A stretch of DNA of 39,252 bases from a virus. Its lineage: Duplodnaviria > Caudoviricetes. The stretch is taken from IMG/VR virus record IMGVR_UViG_3300047669_002405, positions 1 to 39,252 of that record; one strand, written 5' to 3'. Below, one piece after another: positions 26,290 to 33,677 of the stretch. Below the pieces are notes generated by a model. That model searched no databases. It saw only the letters and a list, made by a program, of their open reading frames with translations, and was not told the DNA's origin. Position 1 is the first letter of the stretch; every line of letters begins with the position of its first letter. The translations under genes were made by a program, and so were the position numbers.

Positions 26290-26970
26290 TCAAGCATGTT
26301 TTTCTGAAAAATAATTAATTCGACTTTTTCGGTGGGCTCCTCGGTTGAATTCAGCCCTCATGACTAGCCATTCGCTTATGCGTTTAGATATCTTTTTAAG
26401 CATTAGTTCCTTAGATGCTTCGTCTGGAGCGGTTTGCCACCTTATTTCTAGGTCACTTTTAGCTCTTAGTTTCGGGTCATTATTCTTCTCGTCTAGATTA
26501 GCGGGGGCGTGAGTTATAATATCGTCGCCTTCATAATCGAATTTGCTTAAATGTATTAAATAGCCACCTAGGCTTTGGGTTAGCCACTGGACCTCGTCGC
26601 CTTCGTATTCGTCGTATCTTATGTCGGTTACGCAGATGGTGGTTGAGTCGTGGACCTTACTCTTCAGATCGTCTATAACTGAAGAGGCTCTTTCTGTCCA
26701 GTGTTTGCCGTTTGTTTTTTTACGCATTATCGTCCCGTGGGCAACCATCATCGGCCTAACTAGGTTCTTCTCTTCTCTGGAACAATTAAAGACGTCTACT
26801 CCGTAATAGTTTTTAATAGCTGGCGCTATATTAGCTTTCAGTTCTTGAGCGAGGGACACTTTTTCAACCGTGCCGAATGCTGGATTTGATTTAATAGCTT
26901 TGAAGAGCAAGTCCTTCCCCGCTCCCGCCACTCCTGCTAGTCCAATAATTGTGCCTTTATTAATTTTCAT
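26290..26970 (-). CDS. Deoxynucleoside monophosphate kinase
   Basis: IIGLAGVAGAGKD P-loop, SLAQELK, R.MMVAHG..MR, VTDIRYDE; start at MKINKG. Confidence 0.8.
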   Translation of the reverse strand: MKINKGTIIGLAGVAGAGKDLLFKAIKSNPAFGTVEKVSLAQELKANIAPAIKNYYGVDVFNCSREEKNLVRPMMVAHGTIMRKKTNGKHWTERASSVIDDLKSKVHDSTTICVTDIRYDEYEGDEVQWLTQSLGGYLIHLSKFDYEGDDIITHAPANLDEKNNDPKLRAKSDLEIRWQTAPDEASKELMLKKISKRISEWLVMRAEFNRGAHRKSRINYFSEKHA

Positions 26971-26972
26971 TT

Positions 26973-27803
26973 TTAAAAATCGACACCAGAAAGGGCGTCG
27001 CACATTTTTTTGAGTTCTGTCGTGTCTGGGCGGAACCCTAGTCTTCCGTGGTGAGTCAAGCTTATCTCTGGGTCTAGCCAAATATTTCCACCGATATCAG
27101 ACCATCTTTTGCAGAACGTATAGTCTTCGGACAGGTAGTGGTTGTTATCTTCTATATTGTGAGATGTGTCGAATAAGCTGTAAAGGTTTTCCCTGCACTT
27201 ACTTATAGTATCTACGGACGCAGACTTACTGTTTAGTAACCCACGGTCTATATCTGTAGTGTAATGTAAGTCAGGGTGAGCCTCCTGAAGTTTTTTTATC
27301 ACTTTTCTGTTTATGCACATAAACCCTGTTCCTGAATTTAGTACTGGGTATACAGTTTGGCGTTCAGAAATAATTGAGGGTTTCGCTCCCTTCGCTGGGT
27401 TGACTACGTATCTTTGTTTACCGCCGTCTTTTTCTTGGGGCAACATCTTCAATGGATAAGCGCCAACTGATACGCCCTTGTTGCAGGAGATCAACCTAAG
27501 TATATCTTCTGGTTTCCACTCAATGTCTCCGTCTATAAAAAGTAGGTGAGTCGCATCACTGGCCATAAAGAAGGAGCACAAATGATTCCTTCCCCTAGTA
27601 ATTAAGCTCTCACCTCCGATGAACCTGATTTCGCACCTAATGCTATGTTTATGCAGCAGGAAAACGCTTCCAAGTAAAGACATGACGTACTCTTGCATCA
27701 TGTTTCCGCCGTAGCACGGAGTAGCTATGTAAAGGTGTACGTCCTTAAAGGCCTCTGGCGGTAGCTCAGGTGATTCCGAATCGTTAAGAACGTCTAATTC
27801 CAT
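26973..27803 (-). CDS. GT2-like glycosyltransferase
   Basis: IATPCYGG, ESLITRGRN, THLLFIDGDI, GTGFMCI, LSEDYTFC..W...GG.IWLD; start 27803 (or 27812). Confidence 0.85.
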   Translation of the reverse strand: MELDVLNDSESPELPPEAFKDVHLYIATPCYGGNMMQEYVMSLLGSVFLLHKHSIRCEIRFIGGESLITRGRNHLCSFFMASDATHLLFIDGDIEWKPEDILRLISCNKGVSVGAYPLKMLPQEKDGGKQRYVVNPAKGAKPSIISERQTVYPVLNSGTGFMCINRKVIKKLQEAHPDLHYTTDIDRGLLNSKSASVDTISKCRENLYSLFDTSHNIEDNNHYLSEDYTFCKRWSDIGGNIWLDPEISLTHHGRLGFRPDTTELKKMCDALSGVDF

Positions 27804-27810
27804 GAGCGTC

Positions 27811-27839
27811 ATACTGCGCTTTACTTGCTCGTAGGTCAA
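27811..27839 (-). promoter_or_regulatory. Possible sigma70-like promoter
   Basis: TTGACC-N17-CAGTAT-N7-ATG(27803); weak -10. Confidence 0.4.
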
Positions 27840-27869
27840 GGTTCGTGTGATAATTTTTCTTCTAGAAGA

Positions 27870-28224
27870 ATACAACACCCCCCCTGTTTAAGAGGGGAAG
27901 TGTTGCAAAGCGTGTGCTGCTTTTTCTACTTAGCCCAGTGTTTTTAACATGGATGGGTCATTCCACTACACGCTGCAAATCAGTTTAGAACTGAGCCTAA
28001 CTACCTTTCGGCGGGAGAAACCGTACCACAGAAAACTCCTCTTACGTTAAGCCACCTAGCTTTCGCTAACGATGGGGCAAACCTTGGTAATTAACCAAGT
28101 GTTTTTTTGATTATATGCAGTTTATAATCGGTCATCCCTTGATTCAGAGGTAGACCAGCCTCCACTCCTACTTTACTTCAGATATCTCAGGGAAACTCTA
28201 CTGTTTTCTCTCAGCGAGCTTAAC
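27870..28224 (-). ncRNA. Candidate large structured non-coding RNA of unknown class
   Basis: ORF-free ~355 nt with about 10 stems, two GAAA tetraloops, G-U pairs favouring the minus strand, a long-range stem and possible pseudoknots. Confidence 0.65.
27871..27907 (-). terminator. Terminal hairpin or possible intrinsic terminator of the candidate ncRNA
   Basis: CAACAC-UU-CCCCU...AGGGG-GG-GUGUUG followed by UAUUCUUCU on the minus strand. Confidence 0.5.
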
Positions 28225-28653
28225 TCAAAGTTGATCCAAATCATCACTCGTTTTTTTATCTGAGTCAAGAAGGAAAGTGGCCATGAACGCTAAGTTCCTC
28301 AAATCCTTAACGGTTAAGCTCAACGGGTTAGCTTCACTTTCGAAGGTTTCGGTTTTAGCGCAGAATTGATTTATACTTCCCGCCACTAAATTAGCCGTGT
28401 CTAAATCTAGCTCTAAGTCTTGAGACATGGACTGAAGCGATTTATTTAAAACAAAATATTCAGTCCCTCCAACTTTTTGAGATGAAATTACCTTATGGTC
28501 TTCTAGGTCCTTTAACGCTGCCTGAACCGCTGCCAACTCAGCGTTTTCGTCTTCAGAAATAAGTAAAACCGTTGACAGGTCCCTCCCCAAAACGAACACG
28601 TCGTTTTCTTTGTAGTATTTTAAAAGTTCCTCAGTCGCCTCGCAAACTGTCAT
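28225..28653 (-). CDS. Hypothetical protein directly upstream of the candidate ncRNA
   Basis: 142-aa ORF with its own promoter; N-terminal half has a winged-helix-like pattern (weak). Confidence 0.7.
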   Translation of the reverse strand: MTVCEATEELLKYYKENDVFVLGRDLSTVLLISEDENAELAAVQAALKDLEDHKVISSQKVGGTEYFVLNKSLQSMSQDLELDLDTANLVAGSINQFCAKTETFESEANPLSLTVKDLRNLAFMATFLLDSDKKTSDDLDQL

Positions 28654-28658
28654 CTAGA

Positions 28659-28687
28659 AGCATGGTTCAGCTTTCCGGTAAAGTCAA
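28659..28687 (-). promoter_or_regulatory. sigma70-like promoter (leftward of divergent pair)
   Basis: TTGACT-N17-CATGCT-N5-ATG(28653). Confidence 0.55.
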
Positions 28688-28702
28688 ACAAGATCACCGA
28701 GC

Positions 28703-28731
28703 TTGACATTGCCCCATGAATTGGATATATT
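28703..28731 (+). promoter_or_regulatory. sigma70-like promoter (rightward of divergent pair), probably leaderless
   Basis: TTGACA-N17-TATATT-N6-ATG(28738). Confidence 0.75.
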
Positions 28732-28737
28732 AGAAGA

Positions 28738-28983
28738 ATGATAGATACAGAATTATCAGAAAAAAATAAACGAGGACGCAAGCCTATTCAGGTAACATGG
28801 CCAGAAGGCGACTTCACCGCTCAAGAATTTCTGAAACTGAACTCGGGACGCATGTCGCGAGCAAGCGCACACAGTAAGATTAATCAAGCGGTAGAATACG
28901 GTTCCGTGAACTTAATCCGCAAAGAAAACCCAGCAATCGGGAGACCCATAAACATCTACCGCGTTAGTTCGAAGTCTGCTTAA
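28738..28983 (+). CDS. Small winged-helix-like DNA-binding protein
   Basis: KRGRKP, FTAQE...MSRASAHSKI, wing IGRP.NIYRV. Confidence 0.55.
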   Translation: MIDTELSEKNKRGRKPIQVTWPEGDFTAQEFLKLNSGRMSRASAHSKINQAVEYGSVNLIRKENPAIGRPINIYRVSSKSA

Positions 28984-28985
28984 AA

Positions 28986-29843
28986 ATGCACTACTTGAGC
29001 ATATGCTCCTGTGTTAAGTTCGACAGGGAGCACGAGCTCCTACAATGGTACAAGTACCACCTTGCTACTGGCGTAGAGCACTTTTATTTAGTGGATGATT
29101 TTAGCTCAATAGACATAAAATCTCTTATGGAGGAGAAGCACCTTACGCTAACAAGCTCTCGTGTGTTTGTCCCAGAGAAAAAAGAGAGGGATCACCAGAG
29201 CAGCGTTCAGAGAAAGATGATCAATGAGTTAGGGGCTCTTCGCGGTAAGAGTAAATGGGTGTCCTATACGGATTCTGACGAATTCCTTTTTACGAAAGAG
29301 AAAACGTTTTCAGACTATTTAAGAACAATGGAGGAGCATGAAGGGGTCGAGCTAAAGCATCGAAAGTTTTTTTGTCAAGGTCACCGCGTGGCCCAGAAGA
29401 GTCGAATCTTTATTGAGTTCTTGGATAAATATAAGAAAACTTACATAACGAAATGCGTGGTGAATAATGAAAAATACAAAAGAATAGAACTTCACCCGCC
29501 CTTTCCCTGTTCAGTGCACAGGATTACGCCGAATTCAGTTGATGCTCTCGGAAACAGACCCTATCGTCCAGTTGAAGCCGGAAAATGCTCACCCTACGGA
29601 GGGGCTCATCACTGTCCGCCAGACCCCAAAGATCAACCAGCGTGGACTCAGCACTACCCCATAAGAGACCTCGAGCAAGTCGCAGCTAAACAGAATAGGA
29701 TATTAACCCCGCACCGCAAAGGTGGGTACGTGCTGAGGCAAGCATGGTCGTGCTTTGCTGGCCCCTTCGATGAGGTTGAACACTTTTCTTTCAGAGAAGA
29801 ACATCCCTACGTCTACGAGAAGTTCATGAAGCTTTATCATTAA
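28986..29843 (+). CDS. GT2/GT92-like glycosyltransferase
   Basis: LSICSCVK..E..LLQW..YH...GVEHFYLVDDFS, WVSYTDSDEFL. Confidence 0.8.
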   Translation: MHYLSICSCVKFDREHELLQWYKYHLATGVEHFYLVDDFSSIDIKSLMEEKHLTLTSSRVFVPEKKERDHQSSVQRKMINELGALRGKSKWVSYTDSDEFLFTKEKTFSDYLRTMEEHEGVELKHRKFFCQGHRVAQKSRIFIEFLDKYKKTYITKCVVNNEKYKRIELHPPFPCSVHRITPNSVDALGNRPYRPVEAGKCSPYGGAHHCPPDPKDQPAWTQHYPIRDLEQVAAKQNRILTPHRKGGYVLRQAWSCFAGPFDEVEHFSFREEHPYVYEKFMKLYH

Positions 29844-29848
29844 ATTAA

Positions 29849-30259
29849 ATGAAAATACCTTGGGAAGAATACGCTCTCAACTTAGCTGCAACGGCTTCTC
29901 TTAGGAGTGAAGACCCATACATAAAAGTCGGAGCTTGTGCCTTAAACGGAAACCGCATGGTGTTAGCGTTAGGATATAACGGGCTAGCTTCAGGAAAAGA
30001 CGTTTCTTCTGAATTTTGGGAAGACCGAGATTCTCGCCGTAAGTACATGATTCACGCGGAGGCGAACTGTTTATCTATGTGTACTAAGGGGATGGTCGAT
30101 TTATTAGCGGTAACACTTCTCCCTTGCTCCTACTGCGCGACCATGATTGCTTCCTACGGAGTGAAGAAAGTCGTTTACAAAGAGGAGTATGAGCTAGATA
30201 CTAAAGCGAAGGAAATTTTTAACTTTTACAACATTTCTTTAAAAAAATATGGAAAATAG
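29849..30259 (+). CDS. dCMP deaminase
   Basis: RSEDP..KVGA, LGYNG, HAEAN, PCSYC. Confidence 0.92.
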   Translation: MKIPWEEYALNLAATASLRSEDPYIKVGACALNGNRMVLALGYNGLASGKDVSSEFWEDRDSRRKYMIHAEANCLSMCTKGMVDLLAVTLLPCSYCATMIASYGVKKVVYKEEYELDTKAKEIFNFYNISLKKYGK

Positions 30260-30761
30260 CGACCGAAGCCTAATTATACCCATATCAAACATAAACCCAG
30301 AAGCTACGCTACCCGAGAGGGCTCATAGCTCTGACGCTGGTCACGATTTGTTTAGCTTGGGTGATTGTCGCCTAAACCCTCTTGAGAGGAGGCTGGTGAA
30401 GACGGGGGTAAGAATGGCTATCCCCGAGGGGTATTACGGCAGGATAGCTCCTAGGAGTGGTCTAGCCCTTAAGAAGGGGATCGACGTCATGGCTGGAGTA
30501 ATAGACCCAAGCTATAGGGGCGAAATTGGCGTAATTCTTGTAAACTTATCGGATTCTCGGGTAGAACTAAAGGCTAAGTCTAAAATTGCCCAGCTTATTA
30601 TAGAGCGTTACTGGGGGGCCGAATGGTACGTAACGGAAGACCTTGATGACACCGAAAGGGGGGAAGGCGGGTTCGGCAGTACTGACACTGCTCAGGAGCA
30701 GTCTATATCCAATAAAAGACCAGTCAACTTAGGCGATTGTTTGGGAGAAAATGGAAACTGA
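30249..30761 (+). CDS. dut: dUTPase (trimeric)
   Basis: AGHDL, RIAPRSGLA, GVIDPSYRGEI, IAQL, RGEGGFGST. Confidence 0.96.
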   Translation: MENSDRSLIIPISNINPEATLPERAHSSDAGHDLFSLGDCRLNPLERRLVKTGVRMAIPEGYYGRIAPRSGLALKKGIDVMAGVIDPSYRGEIGVILVNLSDSRVELKAKSKIAQLIIERYWGAEWYVTEDLDDTERGEGGFGSTDTAQEQSISNKRPVNLGDCLGENGN

Positions 30762-31107
30762 TTTTATAATTCAGGCATTAACTATCTCGCTAGTGCTAAA
30801 TATTTGGTTCAACACCAATGCGGTGGTAGAGTATTTAGATTATTTTCACCTAGGGACTCATGCGCTTTTGGTGTTCAAGTACATGGAATCCCGGCGAGAA
30901 GGCTCGCTTTTGGGCTACCCAGCGTTCTTATTAACGGAGAGTCCCGACTCTCTCTTTGTTAAAATAATTTCGTGCCCAATATGCTTTGCTACATGGGCCA
31001 ACTTGTCAACGCTTTTAATGGGTTGCGGTTTCGTCGACTTCATTTTTTCATACAGCTTGTCGTTAGTTTTCTTCTTTACGTTAACAAAGCTCAAGAATGC
31101 ACATTAA
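30751..31107 (+). CDS. Hypothetical membrane protein with CPIC..W motif (DUF1360-like)
   Basis: Hydrophobic segments; ISCPICFATW. Confidence 0.6.
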   Translation: METDFIIQALTISLVLNIWFNTNAVVEYLDYFHLGTHALLVFKYMESRREGSLLGYPAFLLTESPDSLFVKIISCPICFATWANLSTLLMGCGFVDFIFSYSLSLVFFFTLTKLKNAH

Positions 31108-31116
31108 AGAAGATCA

Positions 31117-31422
31117 ATGATTTTTAAAATAAAAGGCCATCACCACTTTCTTAATATTCTCAAGGAGCAGCTATCCCATCCAGAGATAAGAGAGGAGGAG
31201 ATTTTTACGAAACTAAACACCCTCTCCAAGAGTATGTCTTCTAGCTGTTGCAACACGGTAGGAGAGCTTTACGAAGAGTCAATTCGAACCTACGACAACT
31301 ACGTTAGTGAGGTTCCAGAGCACATAATGAAAAAAATTAAGAAAATTTGCATGGCAGAAAAGATAGTTTTCTGTTGTGTTAATTCCAAAAATGAGATAGA
31401 AAAGGAGATACCTTATGAATAA
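31117..31422 (+). CDS. Hypothetical protein
   Basis: 101-aa ORF in operon context. Confidence 0.6.
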   Translation: MIFKIKGHHHFLNILKEQLSHPEIREEEIFTKLNTLSKSMSSSCCNTVGELYEESIRTYDNYVSEVPEHIMKKIKKICMAEKIVFCCVNSKNEIEKEIPYE

Positions 31423-31672
31423 GCAGGAAGAACTAGAGAGCATTCGACTCAAATCTACTAGAGCGGAAGTCATAGACGCAAATAAATCCATGCTTGGCCT
31501 ACCTGTTTGGGTAAGTGGTCCAGCGCACCTAACGGATGTTCTCCCTTGGCGAGGGACTGTCACCAGAGTGGTTGATGAAGAATATTTCATAGTCAAACCT
31601 TTCGGCAGAGGACGAAGGGAAGAGAAAGCGAGTATGTATGACCTTCGCTCTGTCTCTTCTAAGAAAAAATAA
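31415..31672 (+). CDS. Hypothetical protein, possible SH3-like beta barrel
   Basis: GGAG upstream; G.PVWV...WRGTVTRV..EEYFIV. Confidence 0.6.
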   Translation: MNKQEELESIRLKSTRAEVIDANKSMLGLPVWVSGPAHLTDVLPWRGTVTRVVDEEYFIVKPFGRGRREEKASMYDLRSVSSKKK

Positions 31673-31748
31673 GCGAGTGTAGCTCAATTGGTAGAGCATC
31701 TGCTTGCCAAGCAGAAGGTCGTCGGTTCGAAGCCGATCACTCGCTCCA
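31673..31748 (+). tRNA. tRNA-Gly(GCC)
   Basis: Cloverleaf GCGAGTG/CACTCGC; anticodon arm TCTGC-TTGCCAA-GCAGA; TTCGA; CCA end. Confidence 0.97.
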
Positions 31749-31754
31749 CTTTGA

Positions 31755-31831
31755 GGGTGAGTAGCTCAATTGGATAGAGCATCTGCCTTCTAAGCAGAGG
31801 GTTGTGGGTTCGAGTCCCGCCTCGCCCACCA
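31755..31831 (+). tRNA. tRNA-Arg(TCT)
   Basis: GGGTGAG/CTCGCCC; anticodon loop CTTCTAA; CCA end. Confidence 0.96.
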
Positions 31832-31834
31832 AAC

Positions 31835-31911
31835 GCTCCAGTAGCTCAACTGGCTAGAGCACGTGCCTTATAAGCGCGAGGTTACGGGTTCAAGGCCCGT
31901 TTGGAGCACCA
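31835..31911 (+). tRNA. tRNA-Ile(TAT)
   Basis: GCTCCAG/TTGGAGC; anticodon arm CGTGC-CTTATAA-GCGCG; CCA end. Confidence 0.92.
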
Positions 31912-31928
31912 CGGTTTACATACCGAAC

Positions 31929-32014
31929 GGGGAAGTGGTGAAATTGGTAAACACATCAGACTTAAAATCTGACGACCCTTAAAAGTCTTGCGGGTTCAAG
32001 TCCCGCCTTCCCCA
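31929..32014 (+). tRNA. tRNA-Leu(TAA), no encoded CCA
   Basis: GGGGAAG/CTTCCCC-A; long variable arm; anticodon arm TCAGA-CTTAAAA-TCTGA. Confidence 0.94.
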
Positions 32015-32103
32015 CCGCCCTACCTCGTTAATCCCTTCTTCGAGAATTAGGAATCTTTCGATTTGCCGAGCCTCATAGACTGTAAAATGTGTATACCTGT
32101 TAC

Positions 32104-32538
32104 ATGGGGAGAAAACCTAAAGCTAACCCGAAAAGAAAAAAATGTTCTGACTGCGGGAGAAACCGTTCTTTAACTTTCTTTATTTATGGCCAAAGTCGCC
32201 ACTCTTCTAAGCCGAGATGCGTCCGCTCAATATGTATTAATTGCAGCAACGTAGCGAGAGGTCGCCGGAAAGCTGAAATCAGACAGAGATTGGCGTCTCT
32301 ACAAAAGAAAAAAAAATGTAAAAAATGCGGATTTAGCGACCCAAGAGCCCTATTGTTTCACCACGTAAACCCCCAAAATAAAAAAAAATGCGTATCCGTG
32401 TTGATTTCTATGGGGTACAAGGAGGAGACCGTCTTAGAGGAAGTGAAAAAATGCATAGTCCTTTGCGCTAATTGTCATTCGATTCTTCACAGCAAGAAGC
32501 CTTCTGAATCATTTAAAAAAAAGAAAAAAAATACATAG
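32104..32538 (+). CDS. HNH endonuclease with Zn-binding motifs
   Basis: CSDC, CINC, CKKCG...LLFHHVNP...CIVLCANCHSILH; ATG 10 nt after GTGTA. Confidence 0.85.
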   Translation: MGRKPKANPKRKKCSDCGRNRSLTFFIYGQSRHSSKPRCVRSICINCSNVARGRRKAEIRQRLASLQKKKKCKKCGFSDPRALLFHHVNPQNKKKCVSVLISMGYKEETVLEEVKKCIVLCANCHSILHSKKPSESFKKKKKNT

Positions 32539-32576
32539 CAATTCTGGAACAAGTGTATTTTATACAAAGGAAAACT

Positions 32577-33527
32577 ATGAAAATTCTACAGATAACAGCG
32601 TTAGCACTTACGCTTATTCTAACATCGCCGTCCGTCTTCTCGGAGGAAAAAAAGAATTCCACAGCGGAACATTTGCAGAACGTATCGGTCACCATTAGGT
32701 CCGAAGGCGAATTTTCGAACGGAGAAGGCTCAGGGGTGGTCTTTACCCGAAAAGACCCCAAGGGAAACTTGGTTAACTTTGTATGGACAGCAGGGCATGT
32801 GATAGACAACCTAAGGAAAGAAAGGAAGGTCGTCGTAGATGGTAGCCCAAAAACTATCATTGAGTTTAAAGACCCAATGGTAGTTAAGGAGATTCGTCAA
32901 AATGGTCGTACGGTGGGTAGGCTGCAAATGGACGCGGAGGTGTTAAAGTACTCTGATGCTGATGACGGTCATGACTTAGCTCTCTTAAGGATCAGAAAAT
33001 TCAACTTCGTGAAAGACACGGTTACTTTCCACCTTAAAGAGGACATTCCCGCCCTTGGAGCGGACCTTCTTCACGTTGGTTCTCTTTTGGGTCAAATGGG
33101 AGCTAACAGCATGACGGACGGAATTTATTCTCAACACGGAAGAATAATTAAGAGCCTAAATAAGCACGTTTTCGATCAAACCACATGCACCGCTTTTCCG
33201 GGCTCTTCGGGTGGGGGAGTTTACAGGAAGGATGACGCGGAATATATAGGCATGCTCGTTCGTGGGGCGGGAGAAGGGTTTAATCTAATCGTCCCAGTGA
33301 GAAGGATGAAAGAGTATTGCGAGGAGAATAAGATCATGTGGGCCTTGGACTCGAAGGTTAAAATGCCTACCGATGGAGAATTGAAGAAAATGTCAATAGA
33401 AAATAGCCCGAAGGAAAGGGAGGAGGCTGACGCCGAAAAGGTCGCAGCTAAAAAACTCTTCCCTTATATGCTTAGAGTAACATACCCTAAGGTTATAATC
33501 TTAAAGGAGATGAGGCGAAATGATTAA
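32577..33527 (+). CDS. Secreted trypsin-like serine protease
   Basis: Signal peptide; triad motifs TAGHV, DLALL, PGSSGGGV. Confidence 0.88.
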   Translation: MKILQITALALTLILTSPSVFSEEKKNSTAEHLQNVSVTIRSEGEFSNGEGSGVVFTRKDPKGNLVNFVWTAGHVIDNLRKERKVVVDGSPKTIIEFKDPMVVKEIRQNGRTVGRLQMDAEVLKYSDADDGHDLALLRIRKFNFVKDTVTFHLKEDIPALGADLLHVGSLLGQMGANSMTDGIYSQHGRIIKSLNKHVFDQTTCTAFPGSSGGGVYRKDDAEYIGMLVRGAGEGFNLIVPVRRMKEYCEENKIMWALDSKVKMPTDGELKKMSIENSPKEREEADAEKVAAKKLFPYMLRVTYPKVIILKEMRRND

Positions 33528-33675
33528 ATTGATCCTCTTAGTTTCGGTTTGTTTGCTTTTAGGCTGCAAGGACGGGGTGGACTCTTGCCCTAGTTGCTCT
33601 TGTGAATTGGGGTGTTGTAATAACCCCAAAGTCTGCGATTATAGAGATTCATGCTCGTGTGAATGCAAAGGTTAA
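33520..33675 (+). CDS. 51-aa Cys-rich lipoprotein (absent from ORF track)
   Basis: MIKLILLVSVCLLLG-CKDGVDSCPSCSCELGCCNNPKVCDYRDSCSCECKG; lipobox LLGC; GGAG/GAGG upstream. Confidence 0.7.
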   Translation: MIKLILLVSVCLLLGCKDGVDSCPSCSCELGCCNNPKVCDYRDSCSCECKG

Positions 33676-33677
33676 TT

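Noticed and set aside
26971-27081. N-terminal extension of dNMP kinase in the ORF track
   Set aside because: Overlaps the glycosyltransferase; the P-loop begins right after Met at 26970.
27870-28224. tmRNA, RNase P RNA, or group I/II intron
   Set aside because: No tRNA-like ends or tag ORF, no RNase P GAGGAAAGUCC core, and it does not interrupt a gene; kept as an unknown ncRNA.
31929-32017. tRNA-Leu as a pseudogene or att site because it ends CCG
   Set aside because: The cloverleaf is intact, CCA can be added enzymatically, and no duplicated 3' end or integrase is present.
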